DNA of 64,000 nucleotides from a virus: IMG/VR virus record IMGVR_UViG_3300028653_000010; one strand, 5' to 3'. Shown piece by piece: positions 46,423 to 55,682 of this stretch (position 1 is its first letter; each line of letters starts with the position of its first letter). The notes under the pieces were generated by a model. It saw only the letters and a program-made list of their open reading frames with translations, ran no database searches and was not told where the DNA came from. The position numbers and the translations under genes were made by a program.

Positions 46423-47018
46423 CAGTCAAAAGCCCCTAACTCAATGGCCTTGCTACCGTCGAAGGGGATGAGAGTGTCCTTGGTCTTGAGTCGGTTGGTA
46501 CTCCACCGGCGAGTGGCAATCTTCACGACCTCAAGCTTCAGCTTCGACTCGATAAAGTCTGGGATCTTGACCGAGAACTTGGTCTCGATAGATCGAAGTT
46601 CCTCGACCACTGTATCCTGCAGCTTGACCCCAATACCCTTAACCACCTTGACCAGCTTTTCAGCTAGCTCAATGTTGCTATCTGGGTAGACCTTATTATT
46701 GTAGGGGTGCCAATTTGGATGAAGAACTATACCTTCTGGTAATCGATCTGTAGCGGAGCGGTAGGCTCTCTTACCAAATTGTGAGGGTAGAATAGAAAAA
46801 ACCCACAAGTTGATGCCCATGAGTGCACTATTGATGGCTATATTCCTTGGAGGGTCCCACCAACCAGTCTTCTTTGGGAACTTGGTCAGCTCCTTGTCGA
46901 ACACGCCAAATACCTCAGCGATGTCAGCTTTCTTGGCAAAGGCATACCGGTAGGATACATTCTGAGTGATTAATGCGTCTTCGAATCCAATCAACAGGTC
47001 ATCCATAGCATACCTCAC
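46422..47018 (-). CDS. hypothetical protein with variant RVA motif
   Basis: FEDALITQNVSYRYAFA. Confidence 0.65.
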   Translation of the reverse strand: MRYAMDDLLIGFEDALITQNVSYRYAFAKKADIAEVFGVFDKELTKFPKKTGWWDPPRNIAINSALMGINLWVFSILPSQFGKRAYRSATDRLPEGIVLHPNWHPYNNKVYPDSNIELAEKLVKVVKGIGVKLQDTVVEELRSIETKFSVKIPDFIESKLKLEVVKIATRRWSTNRLKTKDTLIPFDGSKAIELGAFD

Positions 47019-48736
47019 CTAACAACTGAGAACTTGGACATCAAGTCTGACTTCAAAGCACCCCACATCGAATCCTTAACTTCCTTGCGCCCACCCATCA
47101 TCTTCTTTCGGATGTTGCTCATCTGGCTAGGGGTTAGGCTTTGAATCCTATCACTCTTCCAACGATTGAAGATGTCTGAGCAGAAGTCCTTTTCGAGGTC
47201 GATCTTGCTTGAATAAAGCTTGAATACTGCTTGGACGTCAAACTCCAAGTCCTGACTCATCTTCTCGAAGGCTCGCATTCCGCTGGTCTCTCTTACGAGA
47301 TCCGCAACCTCATCGACTTCTTCTTCGATCAGTGCCAGTACTGCTCTATCCTTGAGGGATGTTAGCCTTGCAAACTCGTCTACAGCCTTACTACCAGCTA
47401 CATCAGCGTCCACTATGGAGTCATCAGCGGCTCGTAGCAATGCTACCTTGGCGCCGGCAATATCCTTAATGTCACCCACTAGGTTGTACAGCTGCTCAAT
47501 TGTTGAGGTTACCTTGCGGATATCCCCATTGGTTACTCGATTGATGAAGGCACAGACCTGAGCCGCTGCTTGTTGAGTAGCGTCATCTGAGTTATTCAGA
47601 TCTGGGAAAAAGTCTAGATTAAGAGCTTGAGTCAACGCAGAGGATCCGTCTTGAATCAACTCGACGAAGTTGTCTGCCCCTAGAGCCTTACGAACAGTAG
47701 TCACTTGGGCATCGAAGTTTGACTTCTGCTTCTCGATACCCGCTTCAATGAAGCCCCTCAGTTGTCGATAGGGGCTCGCCATCTCCAACTCAAAACGATA
47801 GTCCGCATTGAGTTGGGCCTTGCCAGCGTCACACTTCTTGACAATGAGCCCTAGGAGGCTGTCTCGTTTTTGAGAGACAGCGCCCCACGAGCGTGTGATT
47901 ACCTCTCTGGAGGGTCCGAACTGGGCTACCGAGTTGAGTAGCCCAAGGTACTCGCCAAGAACACTCAATCGGTCCTCAGCCTTACGCTTGGACATAATAG
48001 CTGAAACGACGGCAGCCAGTCCTGCACCAGTGACTTTCTGCTTTTTCTGAATGGGGACTATGAATTTGATGACCTTGGAGATGGCAATCAAGGATTGCTG
48101 AGAGGCTTGAACAGTAGCGTTCTTAATCCCAAGGTGATTGCAGATATGGAGTACCTCTTGTAGGGACTCCTTGTACTCACCTGGGTCCAGGTCAGGCTCC
48201 CCACCGGCGATACTGGATATGATCCTCCTGACCTTACCCTCAGTGAGGAATACCCCGGAGACATCTTCGAGCTTGGCGCCCTCTTCAACCTCGCCACGCT
48301 CCTGTTTCTTCAGAAAGTTGAGCTGAGCTACCAGCTTCTGTCGAAGAATCTCGGGCCCCTCGTAGCCATCGATCTGCAAGTAGTTGTAGATGCACTCGCT
48401 ACCAACTACCAATCGACTACCAGTGATTCGATTCTTGATGGGGAATCGGTACTTGATAGGAGTCTTGTCACAAAGCTCGCAGCACCCACCCTCACTCTTG
48501 TAGGGGAGACCATCGTCCTCCCACTCCAGCATGGCCTCTTCAACGTCCTCAGTTGAAGAATACTTGAGCAGGCGCTCTCTGATCTTCGGCCAGTACTGAC
48601 TGCTGCGCCCTCGTTTCCCAATGGCCAGCCCAGAATCCAAGTCCTTTATGGCTTCGATGACCTCAGACTGGTCGTCTAGGTCATCGACGTCAATCGGTGC
48701 CTTCCTTCTCTTGGAGACTGCGTAAATCCAAAACAC
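47015..48736 (-). CDS. hypothetical protein with N-terminal Zn-finger-like motif
   Basis: CELCDKTPIKYRF.IKNRITG.RL.VGSECI; 573 aa. Confidence 0.75.
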   Translation of the reverse strand: MFWIYAVSKRRKAPIDVDDLDDQSEVIEAIKDLDSGLAIGKRGRSSQYWPKIRERLLKYSSTEDVEEAMLEWEDDGLPYKSEGGCCELCDKTPIKYRFPIKNRITGSRLVVGSECIYNYLQIDGYEGPEILRQKLVAQLNFLKKQERGEVEEGAKLEDVSGVFLTEGKVRRIISSIAGGEPDLDPGEYKESLQEVLHICNHLGIKNATVQASQQSLIAISKVIKFIVPIQKKQKVTGAGLAAVVSAIMSKRKAEDRLSVLGEYLGLLNSVAQFGPSREVITRSWGAVSQKRDSLLGLIVKKCDAGKAQLNADYRFELEMASPYRQLRGFIEAGIEKQKSNFDAQVTTVRKALGADNFVELIQDGSSALTQALNLDFFPDLNNSDDATQQAAAQVCAFINRVTNGDIRKVTSTIEQLYNLVGDIKDIAGAKVALLRAADDSIVDADVAGSKAVDEFARLTSLKDRAVLALIEEEVDEVADLVRETSGMRAFEKMSQDLEFDVQAVFKLYSSKIDLEKDFCSDIFNRWKSDRIQSLTPSQMSNIRKKMMGGRKEVKDSMWGALKSDLMSKFSVVR

Positions 48737-48811
48737 GAGGAACTCTCCTTGGACCAGTTGCCCCTGACCGTCGAGCGCCAGAGATTACTACCAAGGATAG
48801 TCAATAAGAGG

Positions 48812-49165
48812 TTACTCAAACTGTCGAGCCCAATAGGGATCTTTGTTCCCCCTATACATACTACGTGTTCTTGGTGCAGATTGCATGAGTGAGATGGGTA
48901 TCTTAGCGGTTTTATTCGGCATTCTAACCAGGAACCCACTCAGGTCTTGCCCAATTACGCCCCTTCCACTCTGGAGCAAAGCGTCGAGTAGTGGAGCCAC
49001 ATCCTTGTTGATGTTGAAACGGCAGAACTCAATGATACCTAGCTTGAACTTGTCGAACACCTCAATATGTGAGAACAAATAGCCAGATGAGGTAGCTACT
49101 TCAATGATATCCTTGATCAGATACCGATCAGACTGATTCTGGGTGCTTACTGCAAAATAGCCCAT
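48812..49165 (-). CDS. hypothetical protein
   Basis: 117-aa ORF in the operon. Confidence 0.6.
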   Translation of the reverse strand: MGYFAVSTQNQSDRYLIKDIIEVATSSGYLFSHIEVFDKFKLGIIEFCRFNINKDVAPLLDALLQSGRGVIGQDLSGFLVRMPNKTAKIPISLMQSAPRTRSMYRGNKDPYWARQFE

Positions 49166-49175
49166 GTCGAGTCCC

Positions 49176-49607
49176 CTACCACCTAGCCATGATCCGTTCG
49201 TACCGGGTTGGTACGTATACGGGCTCTCGTACTAACGAAGTATCAATCACCCACTTAGGTTCTGGTTCTTGTAGCTTCCCCTTATCTTCCAACTCCGCGC
49301 AGACCAGCTCCCAATAAGGTGCAAAGACGAAGAAGTTGTCAAAGTAGTCACTCTTGGTTGGTTCAGAGTTTGAGAAGAAGATCTCACCATTGTTATTCCG
49401 ATACTTGACCGACCACCCAATCCCAAATGGGCTATGGTTGCAAAACTGTGGATGTTCGATCAGGAGGAATATCGAAGCTGTCGCGGTGATGGTGTTCTTA
49501 GCTAGCTCGTGCCCGTGAGTGTTGTCCTTACACGACACAAATACCTTTGACCCTTTAAGGGCCAACTGCATCGCTTCGTGTAGCATTCGAGCAGAGTTTA
49601 GAAACAA
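49176..49607 (-). CDS. hypothetical protein with C-terminal TRYERI motif
   Basis: Ends VPTRYERIMARW. Confidence 0.65.
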   Translation of the reverse strand: MFLNSARMLHEAMQLALKGSKVFVSCKDNTHGHELAKNTITATASIFLLIEHPQFCNHSPFGIGWSVKYRNNNGEIFFSNSEPTKSDYFDNFFVFAPYWELVCAELEDKGKLQEPEPKWVIDTSLVREPVYVPTRYERIMARW

Positions 49608-49609
49608 GA

Positions 49610-50086
49610 CTACTTTCCAAGAATAAACGACGTGATAGTGTTTCGGAAAATGTCCGATAGCTCTGGGGGAATGTTGAAACGCTTCTCATTCAAGGTGATA
49701 CTCCGGAAGATGTCACCATCCTCGTGACGCTGGGTAGACGCCCACCAGTCGAGAAGCATCTCAACCAGGTCCACCAGAGTCATGTCCCGGATGCCATGTT
49801 CAAAATGCTCTGGATGATGCCTATTATTTGCATAGTGGTGATCAAGAGCCGGCTTCATCTCGGCTAAGTACTGCTTGTACTCATCACTACCATAGGTGGT
49901 ACCTTTGAGTTTGCCTGTATATTCAGTGAACACTGGTAACTCTGCTTCAGAGAACTTGGAGTGGTCGTGCTCCACGCCACGATCCAAGAGTTGAATTGCA
50001 AAGTCCTTTAGAAGCATACGAACTAGGTCAACGTGCTTCTGAGTTTCAGCATTAGTCCTCAGCTCTTCAATAGTCAACTCAGGCAT
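49610..50086 (-). CDS. DUF5662-like HD-related protein
   Basis: HDHSKF, HHYANNRHHPEHF, EMLLDW. Confidence 0.8.
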   Translation of the reverse strand: MPELTIEELRTNAETQKHVDLVRMLLKDFAIQLLDRGVEHDHSKFSEAELPVFTEYTGKLKGTTYGSDEYKQYLAEMKPALDHHYANNRHHPEHFEHGIRDMTLVDLVEMLLDWWASTQRHEDGDIFRSITLNEKRFNIPPELSDIFRNTITSFILGK

Positions 50087-51086
50087 GATTTACATCAATC
50101 TTTGGTACTGCAGCTTGAGCGTCTTGTAGGAAGAACTCAAATGACTTGGGCTCCGGAAGCTCGAAGTGGGGCTCATCATACAAAGTAGCATCGAATGAGC
50201 TCGTAAACTCATCCACCTCACGTTTAGTTATACCACTCTCAACCATATCCTCGATGGAAACCCCGACAGCTGCACCATTGATGCGAGTCATGTTAGGCTT
50301 GAGTCCAGTGGACGTCTTATTCAATAGAAGACTGAGGATCTGCATCTCTTGACGACTAAAAGTGTGAGCCTTGAAATTGTAGTCAGCCCAAGCTGAGAAC
50401 AAGGAGGGCCACCCGCGTTCGAGTATCCCAGCGATGATGTTAGCAAAGACTCGAATCTCCCACTGAGCATGAGGATCGCACCGGAGCGAAAGGAAGTGCA
50501 TCAGGTTGTGGCCATCGATCTTCCAACGCCACTGAGTGTATGTCGACAAGGGCAAGTCAATCCGAGCCAGCTCGCGCGCCACATCCTCAGCAATGAGCCA
50601 CTCATAGGTCTCTTGAACTCGGTCCCTTACATCTCCCCAACGATGTACCGCTTGACTGTGAAGTGCTTTCTCTTCCCCTTCAGATCTCCCTTGCTTGTTG
50701 CTCTGGGACTGCTTGGCGAAATGCTCAGCCTCAGGAGTGTGGAATAACATCGGGAGGATGCTGTACCGTCCACTCACCTCATTGATAGAGGCCGTTCGAT
50801 GGCGGACCCACTGGCGAGCAACGAAGATTGGCATTGAGCAGTGGAAGTGAAACTCCACGAACTCGAATGGGCTCGTGTGCTTATGACGTCTGAGATACCG
50901 GACCAAGCCAGTGTCGTTACTGGTAGCCTTGGTACCATGCCCATAGCTCGTACGAGCGCAGGTTGGTACTACCTGATCAGTACCCATGTAGTCCATCAAA
51001 GCAACGAACCCATGGTCGAGAACGGGGAAGTAATCGCCGAGTATGGCTTCAGCTGCCTCAGAAGTAGGGCGTTTAGTCTCTGCCAC
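50079..51086 (-). CDS. thyX: FAD-dependent thymidylate synthase
   Basis: HTSPFE, PIFVARQWVRHRTASINEVSGRY, ARELARIDLP, FLSLRCDPHAQWEIR. Confidence 0.95.
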   Translation of the reverse strand: MAETKRPTSEAAEAILGDYFPVLDHGFVALMDYMGTDQVVPTCARTSYGHGTKATSNDTGLVRYLRRHKHTSPFEFVEFHFHCSMPIFVARQWVRHRTASINEVSGRYSILPMLFHTPEAEHFAKQSQSNKQGRSEGEEKALHSQAVHRWGDVRDRVQETYEWLIAEDVARELARIDLPLSTYTQWRWKIDGHNLMHFLSLRCDPHAQWEIRVFANIIAGILERGWPSLFSAWADYNFKAHTFSRQEMQILSLLLNKTSTGLKPNMTRINGAAVGVSIEDMVESGITKREVDEFTSSFDATLYDEPHFELPEPKSFEFFLQDAQAAVPKIDVNHA

Positions 51087-51730
51087 GGAGTATCCTTTCG
51101 TACCGGGTTGGTATCTTTGATCTGTCGATCAAGTCACCAGGATTTATCGTGCAAGATACACCGGCGTGACTCATTATCGACTTAACTAGCTTCAAATCGT
51201 AATTCTCTATATTCTTGGATATCTCAAGAGTTAGTAGCGACTGATGCCCTAACGAGACGGAGGGTCCATTAATAACCCTACCCATACGTTGAACAGAAAG
51301 TACTACAGCAGTTGATCCTAAGTCCCCCTGAAACATAGCGGATAGATACCGAGACAGACGCTATAGAGCCATCTAACTCAACAGTGAACTTACTCACCTC
51401 ATCCACCACAATCAGGTTAGCTCTGTTCTTTTGGTTGCCCGGATGCAAGAGCTTAGACGTGAGGTGGGCTAGGTCCCCAACCGAGTTTAAGTTAGAAACT
51501 ACAGGGTACTTAGAAGAATAGCTATGCAAGCTACCCCCGTTTGGTTCAATCCACACAACTGAGAGGCCTCTATCATGAACCTGTTCACAGATCTTCTTAA
51601 GAACAGTAGTTTTCCCACTACCAGGAGCACCAACTAGCAAGCTCAAACCCCCGGTAGGGAACCCCCTGCAATCGCCATCTCCGGCAATCATCCTATCGAG
51701 GGCAGTGAACCCAGTAGATACGAATGGCAT
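51073..51730 (-). pseudogene. RecA/RadA-like ATPase split by a frameshift
   Basis: 5' ORF: STGFTALD, GAPGSGKTT, IVVDEV. 3' frame: RLSRYLSAM...STAVVLSVQ...LKLVKS, ending PTRYERIL. Confidence 0.6.
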
Positions 51731-52296
51731 TACAAGCTCGACTTCACTCTAGCAATGATCTCATCCCATGAACGGACTCTCAAATGATCGTAGCCCATGT
51801 CCCTAGTAGCCCTGGTATCCCATAGCATTGGTTCCATACAAGGATTTCCTTCAGCCCAACTTAGAACGTTGTCCAAGTTGTCATCCAAGAACCACTTACC
51901 CGCCACCGCATACTTCGAGCTGGCAAGGTAGACGTCCCCTTTTGGCATTCCGAACTCTCGTTCAAGCCAGGCATAACGTTCATCGAACCACTCACTATGA
52001 AACGGCCAAGTCACAGCAAGCACCTTGACTAGGCCCTGCAACTCACGAATTGCTTCCTTGGCCCCAGGTAGAACTGAGAGGGACGCACAGAACCCAGGAG
52101 CCCCCATTATCTGAAAAGCCTGCTTCTTTTGATCTTCGTCTAACACACTGAAGTAATCCCAAACTGTAAAGTCATCGGGCGCATACACCCCCCCAGAGAC
52201 ATTATTGATGATCTGTAGAACTCGAGGCCGAAGGTCCGCTAGGACATCGTCGACATCAACAAGGAATCTACGATTAGCTAGGGGTACCAATGGCAT
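51730..52296 (-). CDS. 5'(3')-deoxyribonucleotidase (HAD, NT5C-like)
   Basis: LVDVDDVLAD, LPGAKEAI, FLDDN, RVRSW. Confidence 0.85.
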   Translation of the reverse strand: MPLVPLANRRFLVDVDDVLADLRPRVLQIINNVSGGVYAPDDFTVWDYFSVLDEDQKKQAFQIMGAPGFCASLSVLPGAKEAIRELQGLVKVLAVTWPFHSEWFDERYAWLEREFGMPKGDVYLASSKYAVAGKWFLDDNLDNVLSWAEGNPCMEPMLWDTRATRDMGYDHLRVRSWDEIIARVKSSL

Positions 52297-52316
52297 TCCC
52301 CTCTTACACCGATGAA

Positions 52317-52604
52317 TCAGTCCTTGTCACGTGCTTCAGCAATATTCTGCAGCACTCTAGAGTAACGGTCGGTATCGGTCTTCCATCCGTCAATTCGATG
52401 ATCAAGAGCGGCTTTGACCTGATCTTGTTCTTCTAGGGTACGGGCGCGCTGGTAGAGAGCGCGGAACCCATCAGCCTCTTGCTTGTTGAGGAACCCGGAA
52501 AGCTCGTAGGCCGATACTGCAATAACGTAGCTATTCTTCCGTTTCCGAAGGAGGCTGCTCACTGCCCGATGGTAGCGTAAGTCCGTAAAGCGGTCTACCC
52601 CCAA
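52317..52604 (-). CDS. hypothetical protein with DRYSRV motif
   Basis: 95-aa ORF; start uncertain. Confidence 0.55.
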   Translation of the reverse strand: MGVDRFTDLRYHRAVSSLLRKRKNSYVIAVSAYELSGFLNKQEADGFRALYQRARTLEEQDQVKAALDHRIDGWKTDTDRYSRVLQNIAEARDKD

Positions 52605-52815
52605 AAGTCATAGTTAAATCCTGATGTGGTAGTGGTTGAATCTCGTCCAACCGATGATACTCGAGTACTTTGACTTCTAGGCACCCGAGCTCCCTTAGAA
52701 ACTCTGGTAGGTCATCAATAACCCTATTGAAGACGTCGATCCCCTCACCGATGATCAGAGCGCGCGAGGGTATTAGGACTTCGTCCTTGGATTGAACCTT
52801 GAAGGAATAGAACAT
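52531..52815 (-). CDS. hypothetical protein
   Basis: TGATG-coupled to the upstream gene. Confidence 0.6.
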   Translation of the reverse strand: MFYSFKVQSKDEVLIPSRALIIGEGIDVFNRVIDDLPEFLRELGCLEVKVLEYHRLDEIQPLPHQDLTMTFGGRPLYGLTLPSGSEQPPSETEE

Positions 52816-53993
52816 CAGGCTACCTCGACGCTGACTCCGGATGTGAAGTCCCCGTTTATGATGATAATATCAACGAAGTCCCAGCGAACATGAAGAGTGA
52901 CCTCTGCAGCAGACTCAATAGTCCAGCGGTCATGCACCTCTCGATTGTTGGTACCTATCTTGTTCTCGTCAAGCTCTAGGTACCCTGCCTGTCGATACAC
53001 ATGGAGGGCTATGTTTGATGGACCTTGGGCCGAGAATACTCGGCAACCCTTGTCCAATAAGGCCCGAGCCAGGTTAGGTTCACAGAACCACATACCACCT
53101 GTCCCATGATCCTCGATAGCTCCTGCTATCCCGTCTACAGGCCATAGATCCTCTCGTGCGCGGGCTGCTTCCTGCAGGAGGGTGCTGACTATCGATCGCT
53201 TCCACGACGACGTCACAGCAGCCAACGTGGCGGTCAGGGGGTCGAACTTCGGGTTGGACGTGAGCTGATCCTGAATCTTTCTTTGAACCCGACTCCAAAG
53301 AATGATCTTGAGAGGCGTGCAAGGCTCAGTGAGACTACCGCCTACTGGAAAGTAATCCAAGAGAGATGAGTACCCAGAATCAGACTTCTTCTCGAAAGCA
53401 TGGCCAACCGAGTCCTGGACTTCTTGAGCAAGGCTAAGTCGACCTTCCCTTGATAGGATCAAGGTTCTCCGGTCACCCTCCTCTCGTTGCAACTCCGTCT
53501 GGTTCAATCGAGAGAGAGCAAGTGTTCGCACGTTCTTCTCACGCTCATGCTCGAATGACCAGTAACTCAGGAAAGCCTCGACGTCAGGCCTAATCATCAC
53601 TCCCCGCTCGACTGTATTACCACTCTCGCGCATGACAGGGGAGGCCTCATACAGGCTGTCCTCAGAGATCTTGGCTATCGCTTTGCCGGTATCCTTGGAG
53701 ACCAGAAGGATCCCATCGCCAATCTGTTCGAACTCGTCGGCTAGGTACTCAGAAACATCCTGAATCTCATCGTGCGGGTAGATCTCATGCAGTACTCCGA
53801 GAAGCCGTTGACGGTCAACACGAACAGGAGCGTCTAGATCACGCTCCATTTGGGCATCAAGGAATACCTGACGAATCGATTCATTCTGTGGTAATATCAG
53901 ACGAATCGATCTCAGCAAGTTTGAATTTGGATTGGCAGAGCTGACAACCTCAATGTCTAGACTTGCTGAGTCCGATACTACCAAGTTGGGCAT
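52815..53993 (-). CDS. hypothetical protein
   Basis: 392 aa; GGTGTA at 54003-54008. Confidence 0.75.
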   Translation of the reverse strand: MPNLVVSDSASLDIEVVSSANPNSNLLRSIRLILPQNESIRQVFLDAQMERDLDAPVRVDRQRLLGVLHEIYPHDEIQDVSEYLADEFEQIGDGILLVSKDTGKAIAKISEDSLYEASPVMRESGNTVERGVMIRPDVEAFLSYWSFEHEREKNVRTLALSRLNQTELQREEGDRRTLILSREGRLSLAQEVQDSVGHAFEKKSDSGYSSLLDYFPVGGSLTEPCTPLKIILWSRVQRKIQDQLTSNPKFDPLTATLAAVTSSWKRSIVSTLLQEAARAREDLWPVDGIAGAIEDHGTGGMWFCEPNLARALLDKGCRVFSAQGPSNIALHVYRQAGYLELDENKIGTNNREVHDRWTIESAAEVTLHVRWDFVDIIIINGDFTSGVSVEVA

Positions 53994-54001
53994 GCACGCT
54001 A

Positions 54002-55570
54002 CTACACCATCAGCTTGAGACCAGACTTCCGACGCTTAGGGGACGCCAACTTAGCCTTGACCCCATCATCAGATTCTGGATTGTATCCGACCCAATCAAC
54101 CAACTCGTTGATTTCATCCTTCATGGTAGAAGTGATCCTCGACTTGGCCTTGAGTTCACTACAGAGAATTCCCTCATCCAGCATAGGCTTCTTTGCATTG
54201 AAGCTAGCGGTCATAGCAGACTCAACACACTGTTCGATCTCGCGACCCACTAAACCACTCGCGGCCTTCGCTAGATCCCCTAGCTGAAACGAGGAGATGT
54301 CCTGAGAGAAGTCGATTGCGTGAATCGTGAGAATGTCAATTATTGACTGTTCATCCGGTACGTCGAAGAAGAACCGATCCGGTAAACGGTTGACGATCTC
54401 GGGGGGCAAGTTTTTGAGTGAGTTTGCAGTCAGGATCATACTCACCGGGGCTTCCATTTCTTGGGCCCAGGTTGAAAGTATGCCTAGCATACGGCTCGTG
54501 GTACCAGCATCAGACTGAGCCGAAGAGGCACCACCCGCGAGAGACTTCTCAGCCTCATCGACCCAGACTGCACAGGGGGCAACCGTCTCGATAATCCGAA
54601 GTGCTTGAATCAGGTTGTTCTCAGACCTCCCTACCGCGGGGTTACGGAGTCGACCCAGCTCCAATTGAACTAGGGGCAGTTCCCACTCGGAGGCGAGAGC
54701 CTTAGCACTGAGAGACTTGCCGCACCCATAGACACCCATGAGCAGAACACCACGAGGGACCCTAAGCCCGAACTTACGACCCTCCGGGGTCCAGCAGGAC
54801 TTGGTAGCCAAAGCCCACTCCTTGAAGCGCTCAACACCCCCCACGGACGCGAAAGTGAACCGCTTGGTGTTGACAATCTGAACCAAGTCGGTCTTTCGGA
54901 TCTGCTTGCGCCGATACTCAGACACGAAATTAGGGTCAAGGACCTTCTCACCCCGCGGGTCCTCCATCGCCGATACCATGGCTTGGGTGACTACCTGGTC
55001 CACCTCGTAGCTCGTGAACCCACGGAACATACTGACGTAATCCGCAGGGGGTTCAATCTTGAAGTTGGCACAACTATCAGTGACCACCTTGCAGAGATCC
55101 TCTTGACCTAACCCGTGGAGCTCGACTACCTCGACGTAACGAGACAGCTTCTGAGGGATGTAGCGAGAACTACCAACGAAGATGAGACACTTGACAATCT
55201 GAGGGTCTTGGTGCAACTGGTGAATGATGTTGAGTACCCGACGAACCGCCAGTTCGTCATCCAGGATGATGTCCGGGTCAGTGAACAAGTAGAAGTGCTC
55301 GAACTCGCGAGGGTCATCCTGATAGACCTTCTGAAGAGCTGAGTGAAAATCCTGTTGCTCACCACGTGCATGCCGCCTCTCAATCCAGTCAGTGATTAGG
55401 TCATCAATCTTCAGCATACCAAAGGCACGGTTGAAGACGAATGTCCTATCCGCATACTTCGGCATTTGCTTACGGAACTCTTGAATGAAGGAGTCCTCTT
55501 CATCGGTTACAACGTAAATAACCCTGGTGAGAGCCCGCAGGTGATGAACTAACTCTGAGCTAAAAGGCAT
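54002..55570 (-). CDS. Ycf46-like AAA+ ATPase
   Basis: Inactive N-terminal AAA-like domain; VGGVERFKEW, GVYGCGKSLSAKA, WVDEAEK, DAGTTSR, TAN. Confidence 0.88.
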   Translation of the reverse strand: MPFSSELVHHLRALTRVIYVVTDEEDSFIQEFRKQMPKYADRTFVFNRAFGMLKIDDLITDWIERRHARGEQQDFHSALQKVYQDDPREFEHFYLFTDPDIILDDELAVRRVLNIIHQLHQDPQIVKCLIFVGSSRYIPQKLSRYVEVVELHGLGQEDLCKVVTDSCANFKIEPPADYVSMFRGFTSYEVDQVVTQAMVSAMEDPRGEKVLDPNFVSEYRRKQIRKTDLVQIVNTKRFTFASVGGVERFKEWALATKSCWTPEGRKFGLRVPRGVLLMGVYGCGKSLSAKALASEWELPLVQLELGRLRNPAVGRSENNLIQALRIIETVAPCAVWVDEAEKSLAGGASSAQSDAGTTSRMLGILSTWAQEMEAPVSMILTANSLKNLPPEIVNRLPDRFFFDVPDEQSIIDILTIHAIDFSQDISSFQLGDLAKAASGLVGREIEQCVESAMTASFNAKKPMLDEGILCSELKAKSRITSTMKDEINELVDWVGYNPESDDGVKAKLASPKRRKSGLKLMV

Positions 55571-55613
55571 TCTGATACTCCCAATGAATGACGTGGATAC
55601 TACACCGAAGAAA

Positions 55614-55656
55614 CACGAAAGCCCACAACTTTTTCAAGTATTGTGGGCCTTTCGTG
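55614..55656 (-). terminator. intrinsic terminator-like hairpin
   Basis: CACGAAAGCCCACAA...TTGTGGGC(C)TTTCGTG, followed by TTTCTT on the minus strand. Confidence 0.65.
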
Positions 55657-55682
55657 GTTAAGGTCCAAGGGGGTCTAGTAGG

